Positions 1 through 12,811 of a stretch of 64,000 bases of DNA are shown here, in pieces; the first letter of the stretch is position 1; each line of letters begins with the position of its first letter. The notes under the pieces were generated by a model. The model was not told the DNA's origin. It searched no databases and was given only the letters and a program-made list of their open reading frames with translations. Source of the DNA: Spirochaetia bacterium (GTDB lineage: Bacteria > Spirochaetota > Spirochaetia > SZUA-6 > Bin103). The stretch is taken from contig CBDATQ010000002.1 in the NCBI GenBank assembly GCA_965199955.1, forward strand, positions 608,001-672,000. Direction: 5' to 3'. Position numbers and translations under genes: made by a program.

Positions 1-2
1 CA

Positions 3-224
<222 letters not shown>

Positions 225-250
225 CGATGCCCCGGTTGGATTCGTAGGCG

Positions 251-760
251 ATGGAAGCGCTCGGAGTCTCGGTGATCGGACTGGCCGCCTATGCGGCCAA
301 CTTCATCATCCTGGTCGTGCTCCTGCGGCTGTTCCTGTACAAGCCGGTGAAGGCGATGCTGGCCCGCCGCCAGCAGAGGATCGCGGACGGGCTGGAAGCG
401 GCCGAGCGGGCCCAGAACGAAGCGGAAGGCCAGCGCGCCGCCTTCGAGCGCGAGCTGGCGGCCGCCCGCGAGGAGGCGCAGCAGGAGGCGCGCGCGGCCG
501 CGGAAGCGACCGAACGCATGCGCGGCGAGGTGCTGCAGGCCGCCCGCGAGGAGGCGGATCAGATCAAGGCGCGCGCCCGCGAGGAAGCGGAGCGCGAGCG
601 CGATCAGGTGACCGAGTCCCTGCGCCGCGAGGCGGGCGAGCTGGCGTTGCTGATCGCCGGCAAGGTGGTCGCCGAGGCGGTCGATCCGGCCGCCCACCGC
701 GCGCTCGTCGATCGCGTGCTGGTCGATATCGACAGGGCCGACACCGGTGGGAATGAGTGA
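251..760 (+). CDS. atpF: F0 ATP synthase subunit b
   Basis: N-terminal TM ending NFIILVVLLRLFLYKP, then RxxRI and an Ala/Glu-rich coiled coil; operon position. Confidence 0.93.
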   Translation: MEALGVSVIGLAAYAANFIILVVLLRLFLYKPVKAMLARRQQRIADGLEAAERAQNEAEGQRAAFERELAAAREEAQQEARAAAEATERMRGEVLQAAREEADQIKARAREEAERERDQVTESLRREAGELALLIAGKVVAEAVDPAAHRALVDRVLVDIDRADTGGNE

Positions 761-1098
761 ATCCGGGTGAGCTCGCAGAACGGTACGCGAGCGCGTTCCT
801 CGACACGCTGCAGTCCAACGGCGACATGGAGTTGCTGCCGCGCGTGGTCGCCATACTGAGGCGAAAGACCACAGCGCAGCGGGCGACCGTGACCAGCGCC
901 GTGGAGCTTGATGCCGAGACCCGGCAGCGGGTCGAGGGGTCGGTCAGAGGCCGGTACGGCCCGGAGGTGCAGGTCCGCTACGAGATCGATCTGGAGTTGA
1001 TCGGCGGGCTCAAGATCCAAGTGGGTGACGAGGTGATCGACGGCAGCGTCGCCGCGCGACTGGGCGAGCTGGACGGCACGCTGCGACGGGCCAATTGA
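757..1098 (+). CDS. atpH: F1 ATP synthase subunit delta, unusually short (113 aa)
   Basis: RYAxA N-terminal motif; VTSAVEL and [18 protein letters not shown]-terminal motifs; GTGA overlap with atpF. Confidence 0.9.
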   Translation: MNPGELAERYASAFLDTLQSNGDMELLPRVVAILRRKTTAQRATVTSAVELDAETRQRVEGSVRGRYGPEVQVRYEIDLELIGGLKIQVGDEVIDGSVAARLGELDGTLRRAN

Positions 1099-1135
1099 GC
1101 GGACGGGCGAACAAGGGGACGGACAGAGCAAGCCG

Positions 1136-2671
<1,536 letters not shown>

Positions 2672-2677
2672 ACCGAC

Positions 2678-3571
2678 GTGGCATCGGTCCGCGAGATCCG
2701 GCGCCGAATCCGCAGCGTGAGCAACATCTCCCAGGTCACGCGCGCCATGCAGATGGTGGCGGCGTCGCGCATGAGGCGCGCGCAGGAGCAGGCGCTGGCC
2801 TCGCGCGCCTACGCGGCCAAGGCGTGGGAGGTGCTGATGCACCTGTCGGCGATGGTGGGCGGCGCTCCGCACCCGCTCCTGACGGAGCCGGCAGCCAGCC
2901 GCACGGCGGCGCTGGTGATCATCACCGGTGACCGGGGTCTGGCGGGCGCCTACAACGGCAACGTGATGCGGGTGGCGACCCGCTTCATGCGGGACAGCGA
3001 GCTCCGGGTCAGCACCATCGCCGTCGGCCGCAAGGGCCGGGATCTGCTCCTGCGCGGCGGCTACGAGCTGCTGGCCGAATTCGTCGACCTGCCGGCGCGG
3101 CCCACTGAAGCCGACGTGGCGCCGATCGCCGGCGTGGCGGTCGACGCGTTCCTGTCGAACGAGGTGGACCGCGTCTACGTGGCCTACAGCGACTTCATCA
3201 ACGTCCTGCGACAGGAACCGGTCGTGAGACAGCTTCTGCCGGTAGAGCCCGGCGATCCGGGCAGCCGCGTGCTCGCCGAGTTTCTGCACGGCGACCCGCC
3301 CGAGCGGACCAACCCCTACATCTACGAGCAGGGCTACGATGAGCTGGTCTCGACGATCGTGCCGCGCTTCACGCGGCTGCAGCTCTACCAGGCCCTCCTG
3401 GAAAGCCTGGCCAGCGAGCACTCGGCGCGCATGGTGGCCATGCGCAACGCGACCCAGAACGCCGAGGAGCTGGTCGGCGAGCTGACCCTGTCCTACAACA
3501 AGGCACGGCAGGAAGCCATCACCACCGAGATGCTGGACATCGTCGGCGGTGCCGAGGCACTGGCCTCGTAA
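2678..3571 (+). CDS. atpG: F1 ATP synthase subunit gamma
   Basis: IRRRIRSV..VTRAMQMVAAS, GDRGLAG, SEHSARMVAM, YNKARQEAITTEM. Confidence 0.98.
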   Translation: MASVREIRRRIRSVSNISQVTRAMQMVAASRMRRAQEQALASRAYAAKAWEVLMHLSAMVGGAPHPLLTEPAASRTAALVIITGDRGLAGAYNGNVMRVATRFMRDSELRVSTIAVGRKGRDLLLRGGYELLAEFVDLPARPTEADVAPIAGVAVDAFLSNEVDRVYVAYSDFINVLRQEPVVRQLLPVEPGDPGSRVLAEFLHGDPPERTNPYIYEQGYDELVSTIVPRFTRLQLYQALLESLASEHSARMVAMRNATQNAEELVGELTLSYNKARQEAITTEMLDIVGGAEALAS

Positions 3572-3579
3572 ACCGATAG

Positions 3580-5019
<1,440 letters not shown>

Positions 5020-5020
5020 C

Positions 5021-5464
5021 GTGCCGATGCGGCTGGAGGTCATCACCACCGAGCGCCACGCGTTCGACGAGCAGGTTGAGATGGTCATCGCTCCCGGCGC
5101 CTCGGGCGTCCTGGGCATCCTGCCCAACCACGCGCCGCTGATGTCGGCGCTCAAGCCGGGAGCGCTCGAGGTGAGGATGGCCGGTCAGGAGCCCCGCTTC
5201 ATCGTCGTCGGCGGCGGCTTCATGGAAGTGCAGCCCGACCATGTCGTGGTGCTGGCGGACAGTGCCGAGCACGGCCACGAGATCGACCTGGAGCGCGCCC
5301 GCGAGGCGCGACGCGCCGCACACGAGCACATGGAGCGCGAGCGTGCAGGCGACCGTGCGGCGTTCGAGGAAGCCCTGCACACCTTGCTGCACTCGGAGGC
5401 GCGGTTGCACGCCGCCGAAACCCATCATCGGCGGTCGGCATCCGGCGCGCCCCCCCGCGCCTGA
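5021..5464 (+). CDS. atpC: F1 ATP synthase subunit epsilon
   Basis: GILPNHAP, GGFMEV, VLADSAE..EIDLERA. Confidence 0.97.
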   Translation: MPMRLEVITTERHAFDEQVEMVIAPGASGVLGILPNHAPLMSALKPGALEVRMAGQEPRFIVVGGGFMEVQPDHVVVLADSAEHGHEIDLERAREARRAAHEHMERERAGDRAAFEEALHTLLHSEARLHAAETHHRRSASGAPPRA

Positions 5465-5487
5465 CCGGCAAGAGGCGGTTCGGGGTA

Positions 5488-6585
5488 CTACGGGAGCGCG
5501 AAGATCGCGGCCTGCAAGCCGGCCGTAGCCTTCTGGTGCTCGCCCGACCGTCGCTCGACGATGACCAGGAGCTCCTCGAGATGGGCCGCCGAGAATCCCT
5601 GCGGGCTGGCTGGATCGACCAGCACCGACTTGCGGTATGTGCCCTGCTGACCCGGTTCGTCTGCGGGATGGATGAGAGCTATCCGGTGACGTCCGCCAGG
5701 CTCATCGTCCGAGTCATCGATCACGAACTCGTCGATCACGAAGCTGAACCCAGCCGGACGCGGGAGGAAATACAGAGACGTGGTGCCGATCGCCAGCGTC
5801 ACGGCGGTCGTCGGGCCCAGTCCGTCGTCGGCCACGGGCGCAAACAGCACCTCGCTCGACGAAGGCAGGTGCCACAGAACGTACGGGATCCCGTCCGCGC
5901 ACCCGGCGAAGTGCGCGCCGACGCCGTCAATGAGTGGCTGGTACGATCCGTCACCGCGGTGCCGGACCAGGGAGGCGCCGGCCGCAGGCGCGACGAACGA
6001 CGCGCTGCCCGCGCACGGGACCGGCCAGACGAGGCGCGGGTGATCGGCCATCCCCTCCGGCCGGTGTCTGCCCGAGCCCGAGACCGCGGACAGCTCGACC
6101 ACCGCCGGACCGTGCGGGGTTGCCGTGACCAGCAGCAGATCGCCCGAATCCTGCGGCATCAGCGCGCGCGGCGTGCCCTCGAACACCGGGGAAGTCACCC
6201 ACCAGCCTTCCTCGTCCGCGTCCCGATGGACCCACTTCGGGATCAGCGCATCGGGTTGGTGCTGATCCAGGTAGATCACGTGCTGCCGGCCGACGTGCAC
6301 GGCGTAGGCGTGCACCCCGAACGCGGTGAGATCGGACGGGTAGATGCCGACCGCATCGATGGTCTCCAGGGTGAGCCGGTTGCGGCGGGGATCGAGCCGC
6401 GCGAGCTGCAGCGTCAGCGTGTCCAGGCTCGCGAACAGCACGTGCAGTTCGTCGTCCACCGTCGCGAGCGTCAGCGGCGCCGCCACCTGATCCTCGCTCA
6501 GCACTGCGATGTGGCGCGGCGCGAGCCCCGCCGGCTCCTGCCGGCAGGCGGCAGCGAGCGCCGCCACGGCGATGAGCGTGAGCAC
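5488..6585 (-). CDS. Hypothetical lipoprotein, beta-rich
   Basis: 3' part of ORF 5488..6975; hydrophobic signal with lipobox-like LAAAC after GTG 6585; start uncertain. Confidence 0.6.
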   Translation of the reverse strand: MLTLIAVAALAAACRQEPAGLAPRHIAVLSEDQVAAPLTLATVDDELHVLFASLDTLTLQLARLDPRRNRLTLETIDAVGIYPSDLTAFGVHAYAVHVGRQHVIYLDQHQPDALIPKWVHRDADEEGWWVTSPVFEGTPRALMPQDSGDLLLVTATPHGPAVVELSAVSGSGRHRPEGMADHPRLVWPVPCAGSASFVAPAAGASLVRHRGDGSYQPLIDGVGAHFAGCADGIPYVLWHLPSSSEVLFAPVADDGLGPTTAVTLAIGTTSLYFLPRPAGFSFVIDEFVIDDSDDEPGGRHRIALIHPADEPGQQGTYRKSVLVDPASPQGFSAAHLEELLVIVERRSGEHQKATAGLQAAIFALP

Positions 6586-6648
6586 GCGACCGTGGCGTAC
6601 GCCGAGGGGACGTAGCCGAACGGCGTCATGGTGCGGCACACTGCCGGT

Positions 6649-7059
6649 ATGCGCGTGGGGGTAGTCTTCTTCGCTGACCGTAACCGGCAGAGCCTGCTGG
6701 CGCTGGCTCGGGCCCTTGGAGCGGGTCTGGAGTCGCAGGGCCATCAGGTTGAGGTCGTCGACGGCACGCGCGACGTCAACACGAAGCTGACGTCCCACCA
6801 GTACGCCATCGTGGGCACCGAATCGCTGTCGATCACCGGCAAGATACCGGCCCGCGTGGCGCCGTTCCTGGCTGGCGCCGGGCTGATACAGGGGAAGCGG
6901 TGCTATGCGTTCGTGGCCAAGTCCTTTCTCGGTTCCAATCGCGCCCTGATAAAGCTGATGCGCGCCATGGAGCACGAGGGCATGTACCTGAAGAACTCCG
7001 GCGTGCTGAAGTCTCCGGAGGAGGCGCGGGCGATCGGCGCCAATCTGCGCGTCGGCTGA
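6649..7059 (+). CDS. Flavodoxin-fold conserved hypothetical protein
   Basis: beta-alpha-beta start MRVGVVFF..LARALGAGLESQGHQVEVVD typical of the flavodoxin-like fold; ATG 6649. Confidence 0.65.
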   Translation: MRVGVVFFADRNRQSLLALARALGAGLESQGHQVEVVDGTRDVNTKLTSHQYAIVGTESLSITGKIPARVAPFLAGAGLIQGKRCYAFVAKSFLGSNRALIKLMRAMEHEGMYLKNSGVLKSPEEARAIGANLRVG

Positions 7060-7074
7060 GCGGACGCGGGGAAG

Positions 7075-7974
7075 CTACTCCTTCCAGGGGAAGATCATCC
7101 CGCGCAGCGTGCGCACGCCTACCTGCTCGCGATCCTCGGCCAACAGCGCGTCCCACGGTATCCGAACCCGGCGGCGCCGCCGTCCTCCGGCATCGCTGCC
7201 GCCGGCCTGCTCGACCTGAACGGCATCCTCGCCTTCCTGATCGGCGCTGGCCTGCTGCCGCGTCTCCAGGAAGTCGTACTTGTACATGCGCAGCTTGAAG
7301 GCGACCGTCAGCAACAGCACCGCGCTGGCCGGCCCCGGCAGCAGCAGCATCGGCGATCCGAACGCCAGCAGCCGGGTGGGCGCCCCCAGGAACAGCAGCA
7401 GGAACAGTCCGAGCAGGTACGGAGCCGACACGTTCAGCGCGATGAACAGCCCAACCGTGTACCCGGTATTGTCGAACAGCACCGTGAAGCACTTGCGGAG
7501 CGTCTTGCCGAACGGATCGCCCATCCGCGTGATGAGCGGGAAGAACGACTGCAGCGACAGCAACCAGAACACCGCCGCCCAACCCAGCAGTCCGAGCGCG
7601 ACCAGGCCGATGGTCGACTGGGTGTAGACGGGCACGGCGATCACCAGCAGGAAGAGAAACACCGCTGCGTTGATGATCACCAGCAGCACGGCCGGCAGCC
7701 AGCGGGCGCGGATGGCGTCCAGGAAGATCCTCCATTCCGGGGTCTTGTAGTCGGCGAGATCGCTGGCGATCGCCGCCGTGCCCATGGTGAACACCGAGAG
7801 CGCGGCCGAACCCAGTACCAGGACGGCGAAGTAGGCGAGCTGGGCTTGCGGAACGGCGCTCAGCAGAAAGCCGGTTCCACTGATGATCAGCACGTATCCG
7901 AGGTTCAGAGCGAAGATGCGGAACAGGTTGTCCCACATGTCGAAGAACGCCTTCTTGATCAGAAACGGGAACAT
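7075..7974 (-). CDS. Conserved integral membrane protein
   Basis: Starts MFPFLIKKAFFDMWDNL; about 6 TM segments; ends IFPWKE. Confidence 0.8.
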   Translation of the reverse strand: MFPFLIKKAFFDMWDNLFRIFALNLGYVLIISGTGFLLSAVPQAQLAYFAVLVLGSAALSVFTMGTAAIASDLADYKTPEWRIFLDAIRARWLPAVLLVIINAAVFLFLLVIAVPVYTQSTIGLVALGLLGWAAVFWLLSLQSFFPLITRMGDPFGKTLRKCFTVLFDNTGYTVGLFIALNVSAPYLLGLFLLLFLGAPTRLLAFGSPMLLLPGPASAVLLLTVAFKLRMYKYDFLETRQQASADQEGEDAVQVEQAGGSDAGGRRRRRVRIPWDALLAEDREQVGVRTLRGMIFPWKE

Positions 7975-8088
7975 GCGCGGGGACTCAGTGTACCCGTCGA
8001 CGGGCGGCAGCTCAATTTGACCGCCGGACGGCCGGCGGCTACCCTGAGCGCGGAGTGACGGGTGAGTGCAGCGAACCACACCCGAAGG

Positions 8089-8895
8089 GTGGAGGACTAC
8101 TACCGGCTCCTCGGTGCCGACCCGGAGGACTCACAGGAGCGGATCAAGCGCTGCTTCCGCCAGCGCGCCAAGGAGCTGCATCCCGACCTCACAGTGCTCG
8201 CCGAGGATCAGGCGGAGTCGCGCATGCGACGGTTGCTCGATGCGTACCGCGTTCTCGGCGACCCGGAACGGCGCCGCGACTACGATCGGCTGTACGGCCA
8301 CGCGCTGCGCCGGCGCCGCTTCGATTACCGGTCGTTCCTGCGCGCCCGCGCCGATCCGGTGAGTCTGGCCAAGCTGGTGCTGTACGACCTGATGCGCTCA
8401 CGCGACCGGGAGGCGCTTGCCACGTTCGGTCAGCTCGAAGAGCACATCGAATCCGATCTGGCGGCGCTGCTCGACTATGACGACTTCATGGATTGCGCAT
8501 ACCTGCTGGCCGAGGCGTTGGAGCGTGACGGCGCATACGGCAAGGCGTGCGAGTACTACATGCGTGTCTACCACGCAGAGGCAAGCCGTCCCTACTTTCG
8601 CCACTTCATCGCGGAAGTGGTCGAGCGCCTGCGGGAAGTGGCGTGCGTCAAGATGGCCGGGACCGCGGCGACGGCGGACTCCGTGCGCTGGATCGAGAAG
8701 TTGATTCGCCTCAACCTGTCCGACCGGGAGTCGGCGTTCTTCTGCAAGCGCATCGCCGAGATCTACTCCGAGGTAGGGGACCTGGAGGCGGCGCGGCGCT
8801 ACCTGGAGCGGGCGCTGAGTCTGGACGAACGGATTGCCGGCGTGAAGAAGCTCAAGGAGCGGGTCGGCCTGCGCGAACGGGTCATGCACGCATGA
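8089..8895 (+). CDS. J-domain (DnaJ-like) protein with C-terminal TPR-like region
   Basis: DYYRLLG, HPD motif, AYRVLGDPERRRDYD; TPR-like helices; alternative start 8062. Confidence 0.88.
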   Translation: MEDYYRLLGADPEDSQERIKRCFRQRAKELHPDLTVLAEDQAESRMRRLLDAYRVLGDPERRRDYDRLYGHALRRRRFDYRSFLRARADPVSLAKLVLYDLMRSRDREALATFGQLEEHIESDLAALLDYDDFMDCAYLLAEALERDGAYGKACEYYMRVYHAEASRPYFRHFIAEVVERLREVACVKMAGTAATADSVRWIEKLIRLNLSDRESAFFCKRIAEIYSEVGDLEAARRYLERALSLDERIAGVKKLKERVGLRERVMHA

Positions 8896-8943
8896 CCGGC
8901 AGGCGAGGTTAGTATCCTGAACGTAAAGTAGTATTCTGAAGGT

Positions 8944-10074
8944 ATGAGGCAACTGTTCATACGGCACGGCGCTCAGACGGCGCGGGTACGAGGGCTTGGG
9001 GCCGTGGCCCTGGCCGCGGCCGGCATAGCGTTGATGAGCGCCGCGGCGGCTTGGCCGCAGTCGATCGCCAGAACGGTGGCCACCCTGGATCTGCACAAGC
9101 CGCAGATCATCTCCTCGCCTCAGTTTACGGCGTACGCCAGCATGGTGGCGCGCCAGAACGGGCTTGATGCGCTGGATTCGGCGCAATGCAGGACGGTGCT
9201 CGACGCGCTCATCGACGAGCTCCTCATCGAGCAGGAGGCCGCCGAACGGCGCCTGATCCCCACGGAAGCCGAAATCGACCAACAGGTGGTCGCGCGGCGC
9301 AGGCAGGTTGAACAGCAGCTTGGCGTCGATCAGCCGTATACGGATGAGGCGTGGCGGGCGGTCATCCAGCAGCGTATGGGCCTGACCCCGGAAGAGTATC
9401 GGGACCGACTCACCGCGATCACCATCACGGAGCGCCTGGCGGCGCAGATGCATCCGGGCCGGCTGGAAGCGGTCGAGCTTCCGTCGGAGGCACAGATCGC
9501 CGAGTTCTACGACATGAACGTCCATCAATTCGTTCAGCCGAAGATGGCGCTGGTGCTCCACATCCACTTCAGAACCCAGGGTCTGGACGAGGCCGCCGCA
9601 AAACGGGCACGGGAGCGCGCGGAGGAGGCGCTGACGGAGTTGCGCGACGGCGCTTCGTTCGACGAATTGGTGGTGAAGTACTCCGACGATGGGAATTCCC
9701 GCTACAGCGGCGGCGAGCTCGGCAGTCGCTACCTTCGCCGGGACGACCCCAACGGACTGGAAACCCTGGGCGCGGAGTTTCTGGACACCGTGTTCTCCCT
9801 GGAGGTCGGAGAGACCAGCGAGGTGGTGGTGTCCCACGTCGGCCTCCACATCCTCAGGGTTGCCGACCTCATCGACGCCCGCCTGCTCACCCTGGACGAC
9901 CCGGTGACGCCGCGCTCCTCGCAGACGGTACGCGGACAGATCACCGCTTTGCTTGCGACCAACCGTCAGGTGAGCACCTCACAGCAGGTGGTCCAGGAAG
10001 TCATCACGGAACTGCGTGATCGGGCTGATGTCGACGTCGTCACCGACAACCTCGAAGCCATCTGCTCGGCATAG
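8944..10074 (+). CDS. SurA/PpiC-type periplasmic peptidyl-prolyl isomerase
   Basis: Signal peptide, SurA-N helices (VLDALIDELLIEQEA), parvulin motifs HIHF, FDELVVKYSDD, GGELG, GLHILRV. Confidence 0.88.
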   Translation: MRQLFIRHGAQTARVRGLGAVALAAAGIALMSAAAAWPQSIARTVATLDLHKPQIISSPQFTAYASMVARQNGLDALDSAQCRTVLDALIDELLIEQEAAERRLIPTEAEIDQQVVARRRQVEQQLGVDQPYTDEAWRAVIQQRMGLTPEEYRDRLTAITITERLAAQMHPGRLEAVELPSEAQIAEFYDMNVHQFVQPKMALVLHIHFRTQGLDEAAAKRARERAEEALTELRDGASFDELVVKYSDDGNSRYSGGELGSRYLRRDDPNGLETLGAEFLDTVFSLEVGETSEVVVSHVGLHILRVADLIDARLLTLDDPVTPRSSQTVRGQITALLATNRQVSTSQQVVQEVITELRDRADVDVVTDNLEAICSA

Positions 10075-10094
10075 CAGTTCCTGAGCAAGCCGTC

Positions 10095-10520
10095 GTGCGT
10101 GATGCGAGCGGCCGCCGCAGTGCCCGCGTGCTCGCGGTGCAGTCCCTGTACCGGTACGACCTGTGCGGGGGCTCGGTCGCCGACGTCGTGGACCTGTCGT
10201 GGATGGACGCCGTGCAGCGCGACTCCCTGAGTGACGAAACCTGCGCCTTTGCCAGGCTGCTGGTCGCTGGCAGCATCGAGAACCTGCAGGCCGTCGACGG
10301 CTGCATCGACCGGCAGCTCGAGCACTGGGACCTGGAACGCCTCTCCCGAGTCGACCTGGCGATTCTGCGGATGAGCGTGTACTGCCTGATGCATCAGCGG
10401 GATGTCCCCCCGTCCGTGGTCATCAACGAGGCGGTGGAGATCGCCAAGCGGTACGGCACCGACGACTCGTACCGATTCGTCAACGGCGTGCTGGACGGTG
10501 TTCGGAAGCGGGTGGCGTGA
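10095..10520 (+). CDS. nusB: Transcription antitermination factor NusB
   Basis: RRSARVLAVQSLY, DLAILR, VVINEAVEIAKRYG, FVNGVLD. Confidence 0.97.
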   Translation: MRDASGRRSARVLAVQSLYRYDLCGGSVADVVDLSWMDAVQRDSLSDETCAFARLLVAGSIENLQAVDGCIDRQLEHWDLERLSRVDLAILRMSVYCLMHQRDVPPSVVINEAVEIAKRYGTDDSYRFVNGVLDGVRKRVA

Positions 10521-10644
10521 GCACGTTCGAGAACGCGTGATGAGCGCACGAGGCCGCCGCCGCCGCCGCTCCTCATCGGGGCCGGGCGGCTCTCCCCGGT
10601 TTCCCGGCCGCCCGCGCCGTGCGTCGGACGCCGACGCACCCGCG

Positions 10645-11394
10645 ATGACCCGGCTGAAGAGCGAAGCCGATCTGCAGGGCATTCGCGAGTCGGCGCGCAT
10701 CCTCTCGGAGACGCTGCGGCTGGTCGCCGAGCGGGTCGAGCCCGGAGTCACCACGGCCGAGCTCGACGACATCGCCCGGTCACACATCGAGGCGAGGGGG
10801 GCCCGGCCCGCGTTTCTGGGCTACCTGGACTACCCGGCGACGCTGTGCGTGTCCATCAACGAGGAGGTGATCCACGGCATCCCCGGCCGGCGGAGGATGG
10901 CAGCGGGCGACATCGTCGGCATCGACTGCGGGGTGGACCGCTCCGGCTGCTTCAGTGACGCCGCACTGACGCTGCCGGTCGGAAGCGTTGCACCGGGCAC
11001 CGCGTCGCTGCTCGACGTGACGCGCGAGTGCCTTCGGCAGGCGGTAGCCGCGGCCGTCCCGGGCAACCGCCTGCGCGATGTCGCCAACGCCGTCTACCGG
11101 TACGCGAGCGCTCGTGGATACGGCGTCGTGCGCCAGTTCTGTGGCCACGGCGTCGGCTTCTCCCCGCATGAGGATCCGCAGGTGCCCAATTACCCGTCCC
11201 CGGGGAGCAACTCCCGCATCAAGCCGGGCATGGTGTTGGCGATCGAACCGATGATCACCGAGGGCACGTGGGAGGTCGAGGTGCTGGACGACGGATGGAC
11301 CGTCGTCACCGCCGATCGCAAGCGTGCCGCGCACTTCGAGCACACCGTGGCGATTCTTTCCGACCGCGCCGAGGTGCTGACCATGCACCCGTGA
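10645..11394 (+). CDS. map: Type I methionine aminopeptidase
   Basis: CVSINEEVIHGIP, GHGVG..HEDP, AIEPM, AAHFEHT; start ATG 10645 (alternative 10540). Confidence 0.97.
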   Translation: MTRLKSEADLQGIRESARILSETLRLVAERVEPGVTTAELDDIARSHIEARGARPAFLGYLDYPATLCVSINEEVIHGIPGRRRMAAGDIVGIDCGVDRSGCFSDAALTLPVGSVAPGTASLLDVTRECLRQAVAAAVPGNRLRDVANAVYRYASARGYGVVRQFCGHGVGFSPHEDPQVPNYPSPGSNSRIKPGMVLAIEPMITEGTWEVEVLDDGWTVVTADRKRAAHFEHTVAILSDRAEVLTMHP

Positions 11395-12776
11395 GTTGCG
11401 GCTGCCGTCTTCGGAGGTTGAGCACGCTGAGGAGTCTGCCGGGCGCGGCCCTGCTGCTGGCGGCGGTTGCGAACCTGGGTGCACAGGACGCCGCGGCCGC
11501 GCCGACCGCCGACGCGGCGAGCCCGGCACCGGCCGTGCTGATCGATCTTCAGCAGGCGGTGCGCCACGTGGCCGAATCGGTCACGCCGTCGGTGGTGAAG
11601 CTGGACACCGTGGCCGCCGGCCGGGACCGCGACTCCCGCCCGAACCTCATGCCCGTGCCCGGGGTCGGATCCGGGGTGCTGGTGCGCCGTGACGGCGACC
11701 GGCACTTCATCCTTACCAACTACCATGTGGTGAGGTCTGCGGAGCGGATCGTCGTGACGCTCAGTGACGAACGCAGCTTTCCGGGGGAGGTGGTCGGCGC
11801 CGACACCCGCATGGACTTGGCGATGGTGGCCGTGCGGGCGCCGGGCGAGCTGCCGCTCGCCGCTCTGGGCGACTCCGACACCCTGCGAGCGGGCGATCTG
11901 GTGCTGGCCGTCGGCAGTCCGTTCGGCCTCGACGCCACGCTCACGCTCGGCATCGTCAGCGCGGTCGGCCGTTCGGGAGGCGAAGTCGGCAACATCAGCA
12001 GCTTCATCCAGACCGACGCCACCATGAACCCGGGCAGCTCCGGTGGCGCGCTGGTGGATATCACCGGTCGCGTGGTAGGCATCAACACTTGGATCCAGGC
12101 GCATGGCAGCCGTTGGGCGGGGGTCGGGTTCGCCTTGCCGATCAACAATGCCAAGCGGGTCATCGACCAGTTGATCGAGGACGGAAGCGTCAGCTACGCA
12201 TGGCTCGGCGTTGTCTTTGCCGGCCCGGCCGACCCGGATATCGTCGAATACCTGACGCCCGGGGGCTCGGGCGCCGTCCTCTTTGACCTCTACGACGGCG
12301 AGCCGGCCCAGCGCGCGGGACTGCGCCCCGGTGACGTGGTGCTGGAAGTCGCCGGACAGGAAGTCGCCGACAGCGACGATCTGATCAGCGCCATCGTCGC
12401 GCTGGAACCCGGGCAGCCCGCGCGGTTCCGGCTGATGCGCGACGGTATCGAGCGGGCCGTCGTGGTGTGGCCAGGAGCGGAGGAGCCGCAGCCGGGAACG
12501 GTCTGGCCCGGCGTGCGGGTCCAGTCGCTGCAGGTCCTGACGGAACAGGCTCGGGCGGCGCTGCCGGAAGCGGGTGCGTTCGTGTCCAGGGTGGTCTCCG
12601 GCAGTGCCGCCATGGAGTCCGGGCTGCGGCCCCAGGACGTGATCGTCCGCATCGACGGCGCGGAGATCCGCGGCCTGCGTGACTTCTACCGGCTGATCAA
12701 CACCAGGCAGGAGGGCTCGTTCGACATGCGCGTGGTGCGCGACGGCCGAGAGGTGACCATGCGCGTGAATCGCTGA
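11391..12776 (+). CDS. HtrA/DegP-family serine protease with two PDZ domains
   Basis: TNYHV, DLA, GSPFGL, IQTDATMNPGSSGG triad motifs; two GLRPxDV PDZ motifs; start uncertain. Confidence 0.93.
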   Translation: MSCGCRLRRLSTLRSLPGAALLLAAVANLGAQDAAAAPTADAASPAPAVLIDLQQAVRHVAESVTPSVVKLDTVAAGRDRDSRPNLMPVPGVGSGVLVRRDGDRHFILTNYHVVRSAERIVVTLSDERSFPGEVVGADTRMDLAMVAVRAPGELPLAALGDSDTLRAGDLVLAVGSPFGLDATLTLGIVSAVGRSGGEVGNISSFIQTDATMNPGSSGGALVDITGRVVGINTWIQAHGSRWAGVGFALPINNAKRVIDQLIEDGSVSYAWLGVVFAGPADPDIVEYLTPGGSGAVLFDLYDGEPAQRAGLRPGDVVLEVAGQEVADSDDLISAIVALEPGQPARFRLMRDGIERAVVVWPGAEEPQPGTVWPGVRVQSLQVLTEQARAALPEAGAFVSRVVSGSAAMESGLRPQDVIVRIDGAEIRGLRDFYRLINTRQEGSFDMRVVRDGREVTMRVNR

Positions 12777-12783
12777 GGGTACG

Positions 12784-12811
12784 GCCGGTCTCCCGGCGGC
12801 GGGAGACCGGC
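12784..12811. terminator. Stem-loop between convergent genes, putative bidirectional terminator
   Basis: Perfect 12-bp inverted repeat GCCGGTCTCCCG-gcgg-CGGGAGACCGGC; no U-tract. Confidence 0.55.
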
